Shown here piece after piece: positions 11,495 through 24,936 of a DNA stretch of 58,338 nt. Source of the DNA: Octopus bimaculoides (taxonomy: Eukaryota); the NCBI RefSeq assembly GCF_001194135.2, contig NC_068981.1, forward strand, positions 62,093,696 through 62,152,033, read 5' to 3'. Each line of letters starts with the position of its first letter. Within the stretch, counting starts at the first letter, position 1. The position numbers were made by a program, and so were the translations under genes. A model generated the notes under the pieces. That model saw only the letters and a list, made by a program, of their open reading frames with translations. It ran no database searches and was not told the origin of the DNA.

Positions 11495-14039
11495 GAAGTC
11501 AAATGGTAGAAACAGGAGAAACATATCAGTGGTTCTGTAGTTGGAGAGGATTTGCAGAGGAGTTGTAAGCGGCTTCTCGCCAATCAATTCGGTGGCCTTT
11601 TTTTTTGCCTAAGGCCTAGAATTCGTGCGAGAGTAGAGATAAGTACAATCCCAGCTGTAAATACTGGACAAATGTCTACTTTCTTCTCTGTATACAGACA
11701 AATTAATGCACATGAACTGTAAAAAATTGCAATTGTTTGTAAATCAAACTACTGATACGGTATAATAATGCACTACAGAACATATACTATTTACTACGCT
11801 AATGAAAAGAATAATTGTTATGGCGGAAGTAATATAATGTTCCATGTATCTGCCTGGAAAACTGCTAAATATGAAAATGGTTTAATCAAGTTTATTTAAA
11901 GGAGTCTCCCCAGAGAAAGTCTTGAATCAGTTCCTCATATTTCTTCCTATATAGATTGCACGGCATACATCTTTGCATTCGCATAAGAACTAGTGTAACA
12001 AAGCTATGAAAACCATCGGCAAAGACGTTTTGCCGCTTTCTATAGTAGTTGTACTCCGAATTTCCAAGAGTCACTTAATCTAAATGCGTATATTTCTGAG
12101 TACAGTAGAACTAAATACGGCAGGCTGTTTAGAATCATTTAAATGTATAAATTAATAGTTTTTTCTTCCGGCAATATTTTGCATCTTGCTTCCCGTATTA
12201 TTTGAACAATGAATATTATATCAATTATCTATCGTAACCATCTTCAGGTATTTACATTTACGCTTTGTATTATAAATCTTTTACGCTTTTGCATTTTCTT
12301 GTTGTAAACCTTATCCTTCTTCAGATGTGAAACCATTTTTCATTTCCTTTTGAGATATAGGGTTCTCGCTCATTCTATAGTAATGCATATAATTCACAAT
12401 AAGAAGAAAACTTATTTGAACCACATTAACTTAGTGAACAATAAACAACTAACACAATGCGTAATGAAGAAAAAATAAATTTTGCAAGTAGCAGGAGCTA
12501 TATTATCAAAACCAAACATCTATTATTATGAATATCAGCTGCGATAATACATAAGAAAAGCGGGTATGCAAAGCAAGTGTATAATATCAAAAGGTAAAGA
12601 AAATATTAATATCTACGTCATAATCTTCGAAAACATATGAAAATACACGCAAGAAAAACATCAACAAATCTTGTGAAGTTGAAAAATAATTCAAATTCAA
12701 AAACTACTAAAGAGATACTAAAAGCAGTGAAGCTAACAACAATTGCATTTGCCCAGAAGAAATTATGTCATCAAAGACAATAAAGGCAACGTGCGCTTTG
12801 AAAGAAAATATCTATCAATTTATCTACCTATTTATGTGTGAACATGTGTGTATGTGTGTATTCTATGTGTGTGCGAGCGTGTGTGCGTGCGTGTGTGTGT
12901 CAGATAAAAGGAATATAGTTACATCTTATAAGAAATGTTAAATAGCTAGTATGTAATAAATATGATCGAAGTCGAGACCGTGTTGCAGAAAGAGAAATTC
13001 TATCTCTAATGTCTAAAGTAAAAAATATGTTGTGAAAAATGTTAGGAAGAAGAGCAAAAGTCTTGGAACAAAGCTTACAGTAGGAAATTCTGGGGAAAAT
13101 TTAACGAAATCTTACGGGAAATGTTTCAAGCAGTGTGGAGAAAATTACGGTACTACACTTAATGGGCAAATATAAGGGTTAATTGTAACTGTCTTCCATT
13201 GTGCAAATGGAGCTTTCCAGTTAAAACGGGTGAACGAAAGGTCGCAATTTCAGTTATGAACATGACCTTTTCTAACTAAGAGGATTTGCGAATTTTGGTG
13301 AAGAAATTGAAGGGAAAAGTGAAAATGTGACTTATACATTAATTTTGACACAACTAAATCAATCATTTTTCTCCTAAACAAATGCTCAAGATAATGTATT
13401 AATAATTCATAATCAATTGGAGTGAGTTCTGCATCAATGTCATAACAGCATAGAGATAAAATTAAAGATTTGAAAAGTACAATTTGTTATCTCTATGTAG
13501 CACATTTGGAACAGCTATCGATAAGTTCAAGTTGATGCAAACTTTGATATTCCCAAAAGCAAAGTATCGATCCGAATGCTAGGCAACTGAAAAGAAATAG
13601 CTCCCAAGTGTAGTATTTTGAAAGAATACTATGAATTAACTGAAAAGGAAAGTTAACCAGGCAACGTTTATTGAGCTAAACTGAAAATGAAGAGAATGTT
13701 CTAAAGGCATCATAAATATGTTATGTGCATATCATAAAATATGAAACACCAAAACTTTTCATTGGTAGAACAACCCATGCAAATTAAACAAAAAAAAACT
13801 ATAAAACAAAATTGTGGAGATTACATTTCATAAAACGCAGGAGAAAATAACATATAGACACGAATAATCGGACAATGGAGGCACAAATCAAAAATACAAG
13901 ATTGCTGATATGGAATATTTCAACTTTTATCAGACTTGTTGGATATTCAACGAGATGAAGTTTCTTTGTCAGCATATTAGATTAAATCCCTGCAATTCCA
14001 ATTTCAATTTAGCTATCTGATTATGGTTCCCGGAAAAGT

Positions 14040-14931
14040 TATGTTTAATAAGAAAAAAAGCTTTAATAACATTAATAAAAAATAACTAAGTTTTAACATC
14101 ACCTTCTTCGAAATAGCCACCTTGCGTAGAACTACACAAGTCCTACTGTTTCTGCTACTTTTGGAATCCAGAATGCAAGTCATTTTCCGTAAGCAAGTCG
14201 AGGATCTGCGATTCCCTTTGGATTTCGACAATGGTGTTAAAACGGTGACCTCTCAGCTGCATTTGCATCTTAGGGAAGAGATGGAAGTCCGCAGATGCCA
14301 AATCTGGCGAATAGGGCGGGTACAGAAGCGATAATATATTGTTTTTGCGAGAAACTCACGAGTGAGCAGAGCTCGGTAACATGGTGCATTGTCGTTGTTA
14401 AGGATTCAATACTTCGCGCTCCAGAGATCCGGTCGCTTTCGCCGAATGTCCTCTTTTATACGTTTCGAAATGCTGCAGTAGAACTCTGGATTGACGGGCT
14501 GGCACAGAAGGACGAATTCGCGATGTACAACGCCACATTTCCGGGACTGACGCACGAAGAAGGTCTTCCGGATCGATCAACATCTCCAGAGACGTTCTTA
14601 CGTTTTGAAGCGCTCGCACCACCAGAAACATTGCGTACGGCCCATTTCCTCTTCGCCGTAAGCTTGCTGGAGTATGTTCAATATCTCTGTAGCAGACTTG
14701 CTAAGTTTAACGCAAAATTTCATGTTAGTTCTTTGGGCATAAACATAACAATATCACAGACTATAGCGTACAGGTGATCTCAAAAATGCAAATTTCGCAT
14801 CTTGCGAAATAAACACAACAATGTCAATTGGCACACTGCCACATGAAGGTCACTGCGCACACAACCGTGTGCTGTCATCTGTTGGCGCGCAAAAGTACTC
14901 GTGGGAGGACTTTTGAATATCACCTCGAATA
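14040..14931 (-). mobile_element. mariner (DD34D) element with a large internal deletion
   Basis: QRTNMKFCVKLSKSATEILNILQQAYGEE...GRPS joins directly to VVHREFV...RRKRPDLW...DNAPC...YSPDLA. TIR-like TTCGAGGTGATATTCAAAAGTCC at 14931-14907. The 3' boundary is approximate. Confidence 0.8.
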
Positions 14932-17115
14932 TATCGGTATCTGGAACATCATTCAACACTCGTTTTATGTTTGTGGACTTCCATTTGTAGTTTCCTAAAT
15001 ATTTCATGTTTAAATCTTGACGTGTGAAATGTAATCTATGCCGTCAGCTTTCAAATGCGCGTTTTGAATGTACTCATAAGATTATTTGTATTTCTGTTCT
15101 TGCTAATTTAATTCAATTTTAGTTGACAATTGTATAGTTATAACTCATTATGAGAACAGGTACACTATTAGTACTTGTTGCATTCATTTCTTGTAATTAT
15201 CTCAGTTCACAATATCAGTATAAAATATCTATTATATGTTTTTGCAATTCCCTCTTATTTTTGTTTATGTTTACCTCTCTCCCGTTCTTTACATCCAGAA
15301 CATTAATTATTTTAAGTTTGGTTAACGTGAAAATATGTCAGATAGCAATGGGAAATTGAAAAAAAAATACATTAGGTAGATCTAACAACAAAGGAGCAAC
15401 AATACATATAAACATGAATTTTCCCAGTTGGCAAATATATCATAAAGTACTTTAAATACAAGGCAAGCTTGTACATACTGTTTCCAGCTGCTCCTCATAT
15501 AACCCTAATGTAGATGATTCTAATACAAAAATCGGAATATAAGTTTTTCATTGTATTTGACTTATTTATTTATTGCAATTCCGCTTACTTTTAAGTAAAT
15601 AATTTGATCACCTTGCTTTGTTTTAGAATTGAATTAATTGTTTTCTGGAAGATTTCGTGTAATAGAATTTTATTCTGGTATACTTAGTGTATTCAAAATG
15701 AAATATTAGTACACGATTATGTTTTTCATATTTAATATAGTTGTCTCTAATCACTAAAAAAAAAAGAATTAAATTAGTTATGCTATGCACCAGAATACCT
15801 TAATCCAAATTAAAGCAAGTAAACTAAGGTGTCCGAAGCATATTTCGAGTGACTTTACGAAAATGTAATTAAATGTAATTAGAAAAATGTTTTGGGAACA
15901 TACCTTCTGAAATATAACAGATATATTATTACACGTATTATGTGGAACCCATTAATCTACAAGAAAATATAACCTAATGTATGGTGGTAAATAATTTTGT
16001 GTATATGAATCGTTAAAAAAAGTTTCTACGACTCAGGTTGTTACATTCGAACGATGCAACTATTTGATACCGCACATATAAATTATCCCTAGTATACATT
16101 TATTTTGCAACAAATATATGTAGAGAAATTTCAGAGGGTCTATATATTTGGTTCTTTTCGTTTTTTAATCATTATATCTACTACTGCCTACGCTTGCTGT
16201 GTTCATCCTTCGCATTTTGTAACGTTTCTGTTGTATTGTGTACGAGAAGCGCATGCTATAATATATTTCTGGAAGAAAGAAACGTTCTGTGTGAACTTCC
16301 ACTAACTTTCCAGAGCAAAGTGCAGTTAATGGCATTAGATTTAACGGAAATATAGAAAAATATAGAAAAACCAGAAATTGAAAGAGAGATCGAAACCAGT
16401 TCGTTATTAATACCTTATAAATATTGACTCCAGAATGATGAGGCGCAAATTTGAAGTCAGCAGAATTTGAACTAAATACAATGAGTACTCGATGGATTAA
16501 TTACGTGATGCATTTCTCCATAATACGATTCTGCCAGTTAATTGCCATCACTATCTTAATGTGGGAATGAAGAGGAATCATTTGAACACATGCTAACGGG
16601 TTTCAATGCATGAAGTAATTGCATTCTATTAATCAATGGAGAGTTCCAGGCCTAACAGGAATAACATCTCATTCACGTTGATTATTAACATGAATGAACA
16701 ACGTCAGCAAAAGAATTGAAAATGGGTGTGGAATTCCCTATAAAATCGACTAATTTGTTACACAAGAATTGAATGTTGAATGTAAACTAGCGTAGGTAAT
16801 GGAAGGAGTAGAGTGGTGATTTGGAATAGTTTTGGTTTGAGATTGTGTGATGATCAGTAGTTCAGAGAAACATAAGTAGGAGAGATAGAAGTAATCTATG
16901 TTTCAAAACATAGAAGATTGGGAAAAGGAAACAATTTCCCAATCAGTTTCCTGTCTGCTGAAGTTGTACACATTTTGTAAGGTAGCCGCAACATCAGGAT
17001 ATACATGCATGTACGCACTACTAGAAAAATCTGATCGAAGTGGGTGGCTATGTTTTCAAAATTCTATACTATTATGTAAAGTTAAAAGATCAACGCTTTT
17101 GGATAATATATAAAT

Positions 17116-17507
17116 TGCTGTTGTTGTTGGCACTCTGTCGCTTACGATGTCGAGGGTCTCAGTTGATCCGATGAACGGAGCAGCCTGCACGTGAAATTAA
17201 CGTGCAAGTGGCTGAGCACTCCACAGACACGTGTACCCTTAACGTAGTTCTCGGGGATATTCAACGTGACACAGTGTGACAAGGCTGACCCTTTGAATTA
17301 CAGGTACGACAGAAATAGGACGTAAGAGTGAGAGAAAGGTGTGGTGAAAGAGTACAGCAGGGTTCGCCACTATCCCGTTGCTGGAGCCTCGTGGAGCTCT
17401 AGGTGTTTTCGCTCAATAAACACTTACAACGCCCGTTCTGGGAATCGAAACCGCGATCCTATGACCGCGATTACGCTGCCCTAACCACTGGGCCATTGCG
17501 CCTCCAC
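17116..17507 (-). mobile_element. tRNA-derived SINE family B, full length, 11-bp TSD
   Basis: Head ggaggcgcaatggcccagtggttagg...gtttcgattccc, (AAC)n tail, and TSD AATATATAAAT at 17105-17115 and 17508-17518. Confidence 0.92.
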
Positions 17508-17639
17508 AATATATAAATATATACACTGGAAAGTATTATTCGAACTGTTCTCTTGTTAAAGTTGCTTCTTTTTCTTTGATTATTCTTTTGCGTTCCTGAA
17601 TTTATTGGTTCATTTTCCAAATATTTGAGTCTTTAATAA

Positions 17640-17852
17640 TCTTTCCTACTCTAGGCACAAAGCCCGAATTTTGTGGGAGAGGGGGCAGTCGATTACATCG
17701 CCCCTAGTACACAACCGGTACTTAATTTCTCTTCCCTGAAAGGATGAAAGGCAAAGTCGACCTCGGTGGAATTTGAAGTCAGAACGTAAAGACCGACAAA
17801 ATACTGAGAAGCGTTTCGTTTAGCGTGCTAATGTTCCTGTCGGCTCGTCGCC
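17640..17852 (-). mobile_element. SINE family A, tail B (copy 1 of tandem triplet)
   Basis: Head, core and tail B all present. Confidence 0.88.
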
Positions 17853-17862
17853 TTAGAAATAT

Positions 17863-18010
17863 TCTTTTCTACTCTAGGCACACCACTCGAAACTTTCGGG
17901 GAGGAGGCCAGTCGATACGATCGAGCCCAGTATGCAACTGGCACTTAATGTATCCACCGCGAAAGGATGAAAAGCGAAGTGGACCACGGCGGAATTTTAA
18001 CTCAGATTGT
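17863..18010 (-). mobile_element. SINE family A, tail B, 5'-truncated (copy 2)
   Basis: Core and tail only; starts near the B box. Confidence 0.82.
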
Positions 18011-18019
18011 AAATAAACT

Positions 18020-18233
18020 ATTCGTTTCTACTCTTGGCAGAAGACCTGAAATTTTGGGTGAGGGTTACCAGTCGATTACATAGACCCAGTATGCAACAGG
18101 TACTTAATTTATCGGCCCAGAAAGGTTGAAAAGTAAAATCTACCTCGGTGAAATTTGAACTCAGAACGTGAAGACAGACGAAATACCGCTATGCATTTCG
18201 CTCGTCGTGCTAACATTTCTGCCATCTCGCCGG
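18020..18233 (-). mobile_element. SINE family A, tail B (copy 3)
   Basis: Head (ggcgagatggcagaaatgttagcacg), core and tail B. Confidence 0.88.
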
Positions 18234-19214
18234 CTTCTGATTTTTTAATAAAAATATTGTAATTATCAGGCTCTTATCCTAATATCTAGACAAGTAAAAC
18301 TTGCATCCGCACACCCACCCATACATAGACATACATTCACACACGCACACACATAAATAAACCCACGCACACAAGAATATTCACTCATACGCTCATATGC
18401 ACACATTTGTAGCAGCAAATGTTGAATCCTTTAATCATAAAAGAGATAATAGTTCGAAGGCTTAAGAGAAATAAACAGTTATATAGATGTACTTCAAACT
18501 CTTCTTCTTCTGAATTGCTATATCTGAAATCTTTCCATTGAATTTATTCTATAGAATTGATTGTTAAGAAGCAAGCTAAATAGTAAACTTCAGTTACGTT
18601 GCAACAATTACGTCACGTGTCTGATTTAAGTGTAACATACACTATATTTGACAGATATTTCATATGACATTTATCTTATATTCATTTTGTAAAACTCAGT
18701 GTGATAAATTTCCGTTTACGAAGTCCATTGATCCTTAACATTATTGAAGCAAAATTATGTAATATACTGTATTTCTTTATTTAGAATCTATACTAATTTC
18801 ACGATTTTTATATTTTCTTTTAAATTGTGTTCACATAGCCTTAAATATAAATTAATATACAACTGAAAGGGAAACGATAAGCATAAATATTAAAATATAT
18901 TCTAATTCAAAACTACTGGTTTCGAGACTTTTAACACAGCACCTGCTTGTATAAATCAGTGCAAAGTAGTTGCATAGATTTTGTTCTTTACCCAATAATA
19001 TCGTTAACATGTTTCTTTTAAAGAGAATACACCTTTTAAATTAATATCTACAAAGCATGATGAAATACAAATCTCATCGGCAAATAATATTTAATCTGTT
19101 TTTTCCTCTTGATCTAATAACACCGATTAAAGATAAACATAAATATTTTATCCCATTCAATTTACAAACACACACACAGAAACGCTCACGCATATATATA
19201 TATATAATTAGCAC

Positions 19215-19674
19215 GAAGCCTTAAGGATGCAGCGAGCATCAACCTAAGTCTCAATTCAACCGCCAGAATGCACCAAAATAATAGAAAATAACGGTATGAG
19301 AGACAATAGACAAAGAATTAAAAAGCATACATATACCATGGTGTCGGGTTTTGGCCCGAGGGCCTCAAACTTCCTTAGTATGAGTTACTGGGCAAGAAAT
19401 TCTAAATCTGCCACGTTATAAATCCATTAGCGCTTTAGTTTTTTTTTGGCGCTAGTAACTCATACTGAGGGAGGTTGATGCCCTTCGGCCAACACTCGAA
19501 ACCATGGTATATAATCATCTCAACGACATAATCTTTATAGGTATGCTTTTAAACTCTTTGTCCGTTCCCTCGCATACTGTTATTTTCTGTTATTTTGGTG
19601 CCTTCTGGCCGTTGAATTGAGACTTTAGCTCTCATTTCAAAATAGGTTGATGCTCATTGCATCCTTAAGGCTTC
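19215..19674. mobile_element. Foldback/MITE with very long inverted arms
   Basis: gaagccttaaggatgc...gcatccttaaggcttc ends. Arms of ~170 and ~220 bp align as reverse complements apart from two deletions in the left arm; ~60-bp spacer. Confidence 0.85.
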
Positions 19675-20189
19675 AATGGAAACGCAAATATACCAAGCTG
19701 GTTAGCACTTATACAAACGAAACTGATGACACGAAACAATGCCACTATTCTGTTTAAATACTAGTAATTAATTGCCTAGCCAGAATTTCAACTGTAAATT
19801 ATATGCAGGTAGTTTGTACCTTTTCCACCCATGTAGCTGTGATACTAAAAATATCATCGTTGCTTAAAACTCAGCTAGAAAGAAAGGGATTTTGGGGTTG
19901 TGCTAGAAAACATTTGATCAACAAAACTGTGAATTTATGGATATAGGAGGAGATTTTTCACAAAAGTTGTCATCAATACTGCAAGTAATTAACTTGCAAA
20001 GACCTCGATTATAGATTCTCAAATATGTAAGTGAAATTGTAATGATTTTCCACGATGTTATAAATATTTGAAGGGGAATATTCCAAAGAAACAATCTCTT
20101 GTACTCAGCATCAGCATGGTATTGAATCAACAGTCAAATTTTACACGAAAACCCAAAGGTTTGCGTGTACAGCAGAGAGAGATATTAAT

Positions 20190-20850
20190 ACTTCCTACAA
20201 ATACTGTGCATGATCTCACAAATATTCTGCTGATATGTGTGGAATGTTTCGCAAACCTTCCCCACTTGAAAATTGGATGTGGAGAAACTGCAGTTTGTTC
20301 TTTAAAGGTTGCAGGTGTATTCTATCTAGCTCTCGTACTCCACGCAATATTTGTTCTAAAATATACATACTGTATCTATTGTAAAAGAAACCAAAGAATA
20401 TTAGATCAGATTGAGAAAAGGTATGGCACTCAAATTACGTTACAAGACAATATCCGATAGTGTATTGGGGTACTAGCTTCAGCACAAATAGTTGGACTGT
20501 ATGACGAGCATTTAGAGGAAATCTGCTCCAGAGACATTAAAATCCGGAAGACTATAACTTCAGTCATAAGAATCCGCAGAAGCAGTGATATTCACATCCC
20601 CTATTTCAGAAGAAATTGAGATAATTAAAAGCCTTAGGATCGGTCCAGACAGCCTTTGAGTGACAGATGACCATTCAGGAAGTAGCTCTAAAGACAGCTG
20701 CCAAAACACTTTGTTCAGGTGTTCAAAACAGATGTAAAATGTTCAAGAAGATTTCATTTCACGATGAAATTCCATTGGGAACCAGAGAACCAAAACTAAT
20801 ATGCCTGAACAAAGATCCGGCCGAGGAATACGTTACATACTAGAAAAGAT
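20190..20850 (+). mobile_element. R4/Dong-like RLE non-LTR retrotransposon, highly degenerate RT/thumb fragment
   Basis: LEEICSRDIKIRKTITS...SSDIH and ALGSVQTAFE parallel LDEIRAIDVKTRKILTT...HINSD in the 38.5-39.8 kb copy. Confidence 0.5.
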
Positions 20851-21991
20851 GGTTTCGTATTTTTCGTAAAATTGATGAGGACGAGGATATTAATATTAAC
20901 CACATCCCTCAATTCGATTCGAGACAGTTACAATATATTACATCTCAAATATTATGTTTTTGCTATTGGTAAGTAGGAGAGATGTAATATCTAACAAAGA
21001 AATAAACAGTACGCCACTCAAATTCCGAGAGTGTAATTCTTCTCTTGAAAATGTTAAGTACTACCTTCATTACGCCATTCATTTATAGTCAAAACTATAG
21101 GATTACCATCGGCAGAAAGAACATCCTTAGGTTAAGTGCTGACATATCCTCCGATAGTAATTGCATATTTACATTTCCAGGTGTTGCGATAATATACTGC
21201 AGCGACTAAAGCAAAATCACAAACGTTTTAACAAATATTAATTCAATGAATTTTTGATCAATCATTTTCCAATAAAGCTATTAACAAGAGCAAACATAAC
21301 ACTCTCATAACTATTTGGAACAGGAAATATAATTTTTATAATCATAAAATGAACATTTCTTAAAAATTCAGCAGGGAGGCTAATTTTGATGGACAACTAT
21401 TTCAAAGCTTGCAACTATTCTATCAGAATAACAAATTCACATTATACTAATAACTATTGTTACACTTGATTGTGATCCAAAATATTGAAGTGAAAATAAT
21501 GAAAAGCTAAGGTTTTCAAGCGAAGACAAGCCAAATAACGTGCACTTTGTCGATACAATTTGCAAAGAGGGCAGGTAATATATACAATACGTTTCTCTAA
21601 ATTTCAGCATTGTAACAATTGCCGTTATTGTAGTCGCGATACTGCTCTGTTTCTTCCATAGAAAGCAACTTTGATTTATTGTAGGAATAATTCTAATTAA
21701 AACAAAATTAAAACACACCATAAATATGTATTCTGTAATCTGAAATGGTTTCGTTCATGATAGTGTGAGAGAATAAAATAAACAGAAATATGTATGGGCG
21801 TGTCTACGTTGTTCGCAAGCGCTATCAAATTAATAAGCTAATAAACTGAATTATATAAGTTAGCTAATTGATCACCAGCCTTCCTAAAGAAATTGTTTCA
21901 TATATGAGAGAAAAATTAGAAGATTGAAAGGCATCAAAGATATTTTAAAAATATTAATGTATAGAATAAAAATATTATTACAATTTAGCAA

Positions 21992-22132
21992 GGTAGCGAT
22001 CTGGTAGAATCGCTAGTACGCCAGACAAAATGCTTAGCGATATTTCTTTTGTCTCTGTATTCTGAGTTCCATCTTTACGTTTTAGGTTGACTTAGACTTT
22101 CATTTTTTCCGGATCGATTAAATAAGTACTAG
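21992..22132 (+). mobile_element. Old, diverged SINE family A copy
   Basis: ggtagcgatctggtagaatcgctagtacgccagacaaaatgcttagcg head plus decayed core. Confidence 0.65.
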
Positions 22133-22455
22133 ATGAAGAGTTTTATGTAACTGACTTATTCGAACTCATATTAAAAATTAGTTATGGAAAATTTTCCTTC
22201 GTTACTCGACTAAAATTTCACTTAACTACCACTTCCTCGAACTTTCCTAAGATTTGCATTGAATGTAATGTATTTTGATATACTATTCTGGGAATAAAAA
22301 TTTAAAGTTGCTGTTGTTTAACTATCTTAAAGGTGCGTATAACAGATTTATTTCCCCCTCTATCCCCCCTACTTCTATCTTTCTCTCTCTCCCTCGTGTT
22401 GCCTTTATCACTCTATCTCTGTATAAATATATGAGGAAAGAGATCAATGAATATT

Positions 22456-22503
22456 TAGATAGATTAATGGACAGATAGATAGGAAGATAGATAGACAGAC
22501 AGG

Positions 22504-22559
<56 letters not shown>

Positions 22560-22560
22560 G

Positions 22561-22624
<64 letters not shown>
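22456..22624 (+). repeat. (GATA)n/(GACA)n microsatellite
   Basis: Direct reading. Confidence 0.97.
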
Positions 22625-22627
<3 letters not shown>

Positions 22628-23341
22628 CAATAAACAACTTAAACTGTCTTTACTGTTGAATAACTTAATAAAATTGTATAATATAAGAGTAGCGAAAGAA
22701 ACATTGTGAATACGTATGGTCATTAAATTATGATGATAAAAATAATGGATTGATAATATGTCAAAGTGTAAGATATAAGAAAATATAATTATGCAAACTA
22801 ATATTTATATTAAAGAAACTGCCTTTAGTTAATAATGGTCATCATGCATTCTATCTGCATGGGTATTGCTAATATTTGAAATGTCATAAACCTAATGGAA
22901 TACTGGGGAATTTAAAATTCAAATTCACAATGCTGTCTGAGTTAATTTCATTTTAAGATGTTCATGATTTTATTGTATAACCATACAGAAAACTCCATTA
23001 GCTGTATATATTAATATTTAGAAACAAATAATTTTATGAATATGCAGACAAATTTTTAATCAATACATACCTTATTTATATAGAGGAATTGTTTATGTGA
23101 GAGAAGAGAAGTAAACTAGTATATGGTTATTAAAAGACTGCTGCATAAGAATATTGAGATGTGAAAGTAAAGAAATACAGATATGTATACTATGTAAGTA
23201 GTTTACAGTGCGACTATTCATTGAATATTTGTCTATTACTATATATGCTAGATAAAGTTTTTGATATGCCCGAAAGGAAAACAGTAAAACATTCAAAATA
23301 AGTAAACATTTTACTATAAAGTTATATCCATATGGTAAATA

Positions 23342-24616
23342 TCAGGTCATCGAATAAGTTCTGTCCGAATTTTGAATAAAGAAGACAAGAGATCAAATAT
23401 TATATTTAACTAAAATTTAATCATCAATCTACTTTCCCTGATTGTCCATGACTTCCATCTATTTACAAGATTTTTGATCCCATCAATATAAAATTCTTTG
23501 GGTTTCAAAGCGAAGAACTCTGAAATGTCAGTTTCGAACTCCTCCTGGCTTGCGAAATTCATGTCCTCGAAATGATTCTTTAAAATACGCAACAAATGGT
23601 AGTCTGAAGGAGCAAGATCGAGAGAATAATTGGATGAGGAATTTTTTCCCAACCAAGCTCTACGATCTTCTGTGATGTGATCTTTGCAGTGTGGTGTCGC
23701 GTATTGTGCTGATGGAACATCATTCCATTTCGATTCACTAAAGCGGGTCTGTTTTACTTCAAAGCTTTGTTCAAACGCTCTAATTGCTGACAGTAGACTT
23801 CAGCATTGATTGTTGCATTAGGTGATAACAATTCAGGGTGAATTACTCCTTTACAATCCCACCAGATAGATAGAAGAACCTTGTTTCCATGACGTTCCCT
23901 TCTCATTTGTGGTTGAGCTTTTTCCCTTTTACCAAGCCACTGTTTACGACGTTTAATGTTTCGATAGAAGATTCATTTTACGTCACCAGTCACAAGTCTA
24001 TGCAAAAAAGGGTGAAATGAGTTCGCGAGAATGGAGAAAAGAGCAAGTGTCAACTCGGGATTTGCGTTCGCTTTCAGAAAAGTCATGAGACACCCATCTC
24101 CCAAGTTCAGGAACCTTTCCAAGTTGTTGAAGATGACGATGAACAGTTGTATGGTTTGAAGTAAGCTTTATTGCCAATTCTTGAAGCTGATAATGCAGGA
24201 TTTCTTCAAGTAATGCCTCAAGGAGCTTATCAACTAACTCAACTGGACGTCCTGTTCGATCTTCATCTTCAAGGCTGAAATCTCCAGTTCTGAATTTTGC
24301 AAAATATCTGCTGCAAGATCTTTCATTAAAGCATTCTTTCCCATAAATTGTGTGTATGTTTCGAGTCGCTTCGGCTGCAGAGTTTCCTTTTTTGTACTCA
24401 TAAAGCATTATGTACCTCAAATGCTCTGTGGATACTTCCATGTTAGAAATGGTTTTAATCAAAGAAATTTTAATTCTATTCTGTAAAATAATATTTAATT
24501 AGTTTAAATGTGTGCATAAAAATAATTTTAAATTCCATTAGACATTCTAAAATGCTATTAAATTTCATTCAATTTTAGAAAAGGTACTATCGGACAGAAC
24601 TTATGGGATGACCTGA
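23342..24616 (-). mobile_element. Full-length mariner (DD34D), 1275 bp, transposase pseudogene
   Basis: TIRs TCAGGTCATC.AATAAGTTCTGTCCGA at both ends with TA duplication. MEVSTEHLRYIMLYEYKKGNSAAEATRNI..., RWVSH, DLAPSDYHL; several frameshifts and stops. Confidence 0.95.
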
Positions 24617-24936
24617 TATATGGCGCGAGATTTCTGTTTCTCTATTCTGGGGTTTTACTGAAAACAATTTGTGAGGTCGTGTATGATATGATTTGAAAAT
24701 GATCAGTATCTCATTCCCTATATTTAATTTTTTTATATAATTACAATGATTAAACATTGATTTGCAAAAATGAAAACAATGAATTTACTATATATAAGAG
24801 ATATGTTTTACGGTTTCTAAGCGAGAAGAAATAATATAACATCCGAATTTTTAAACGAAATTGAACGATTACTGTTTTCACGTTCACTAAGACATCGTAA
24901 GCCGATCTGTAAATCTTCCTAAGTTGACTCCTAATT

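Noticed and set aside
11892-12074. ORF ending IQDFLWG, resembling L1/Tx1 RT C-terminus or an exon
   Set aside because: One short motif and no donor site; not enough to call.
12210-12255. Minus-strand CUGAAGA-uGGUUA...UAAUU-GAUA hammerhead-like motif
   Set aside because: Needs several substitutions and two deletions to fit, and has no PLE context.
19723-19736. CTGATGA-cac-GAAA
   Set aside because: No stem II and no convincing stem I.
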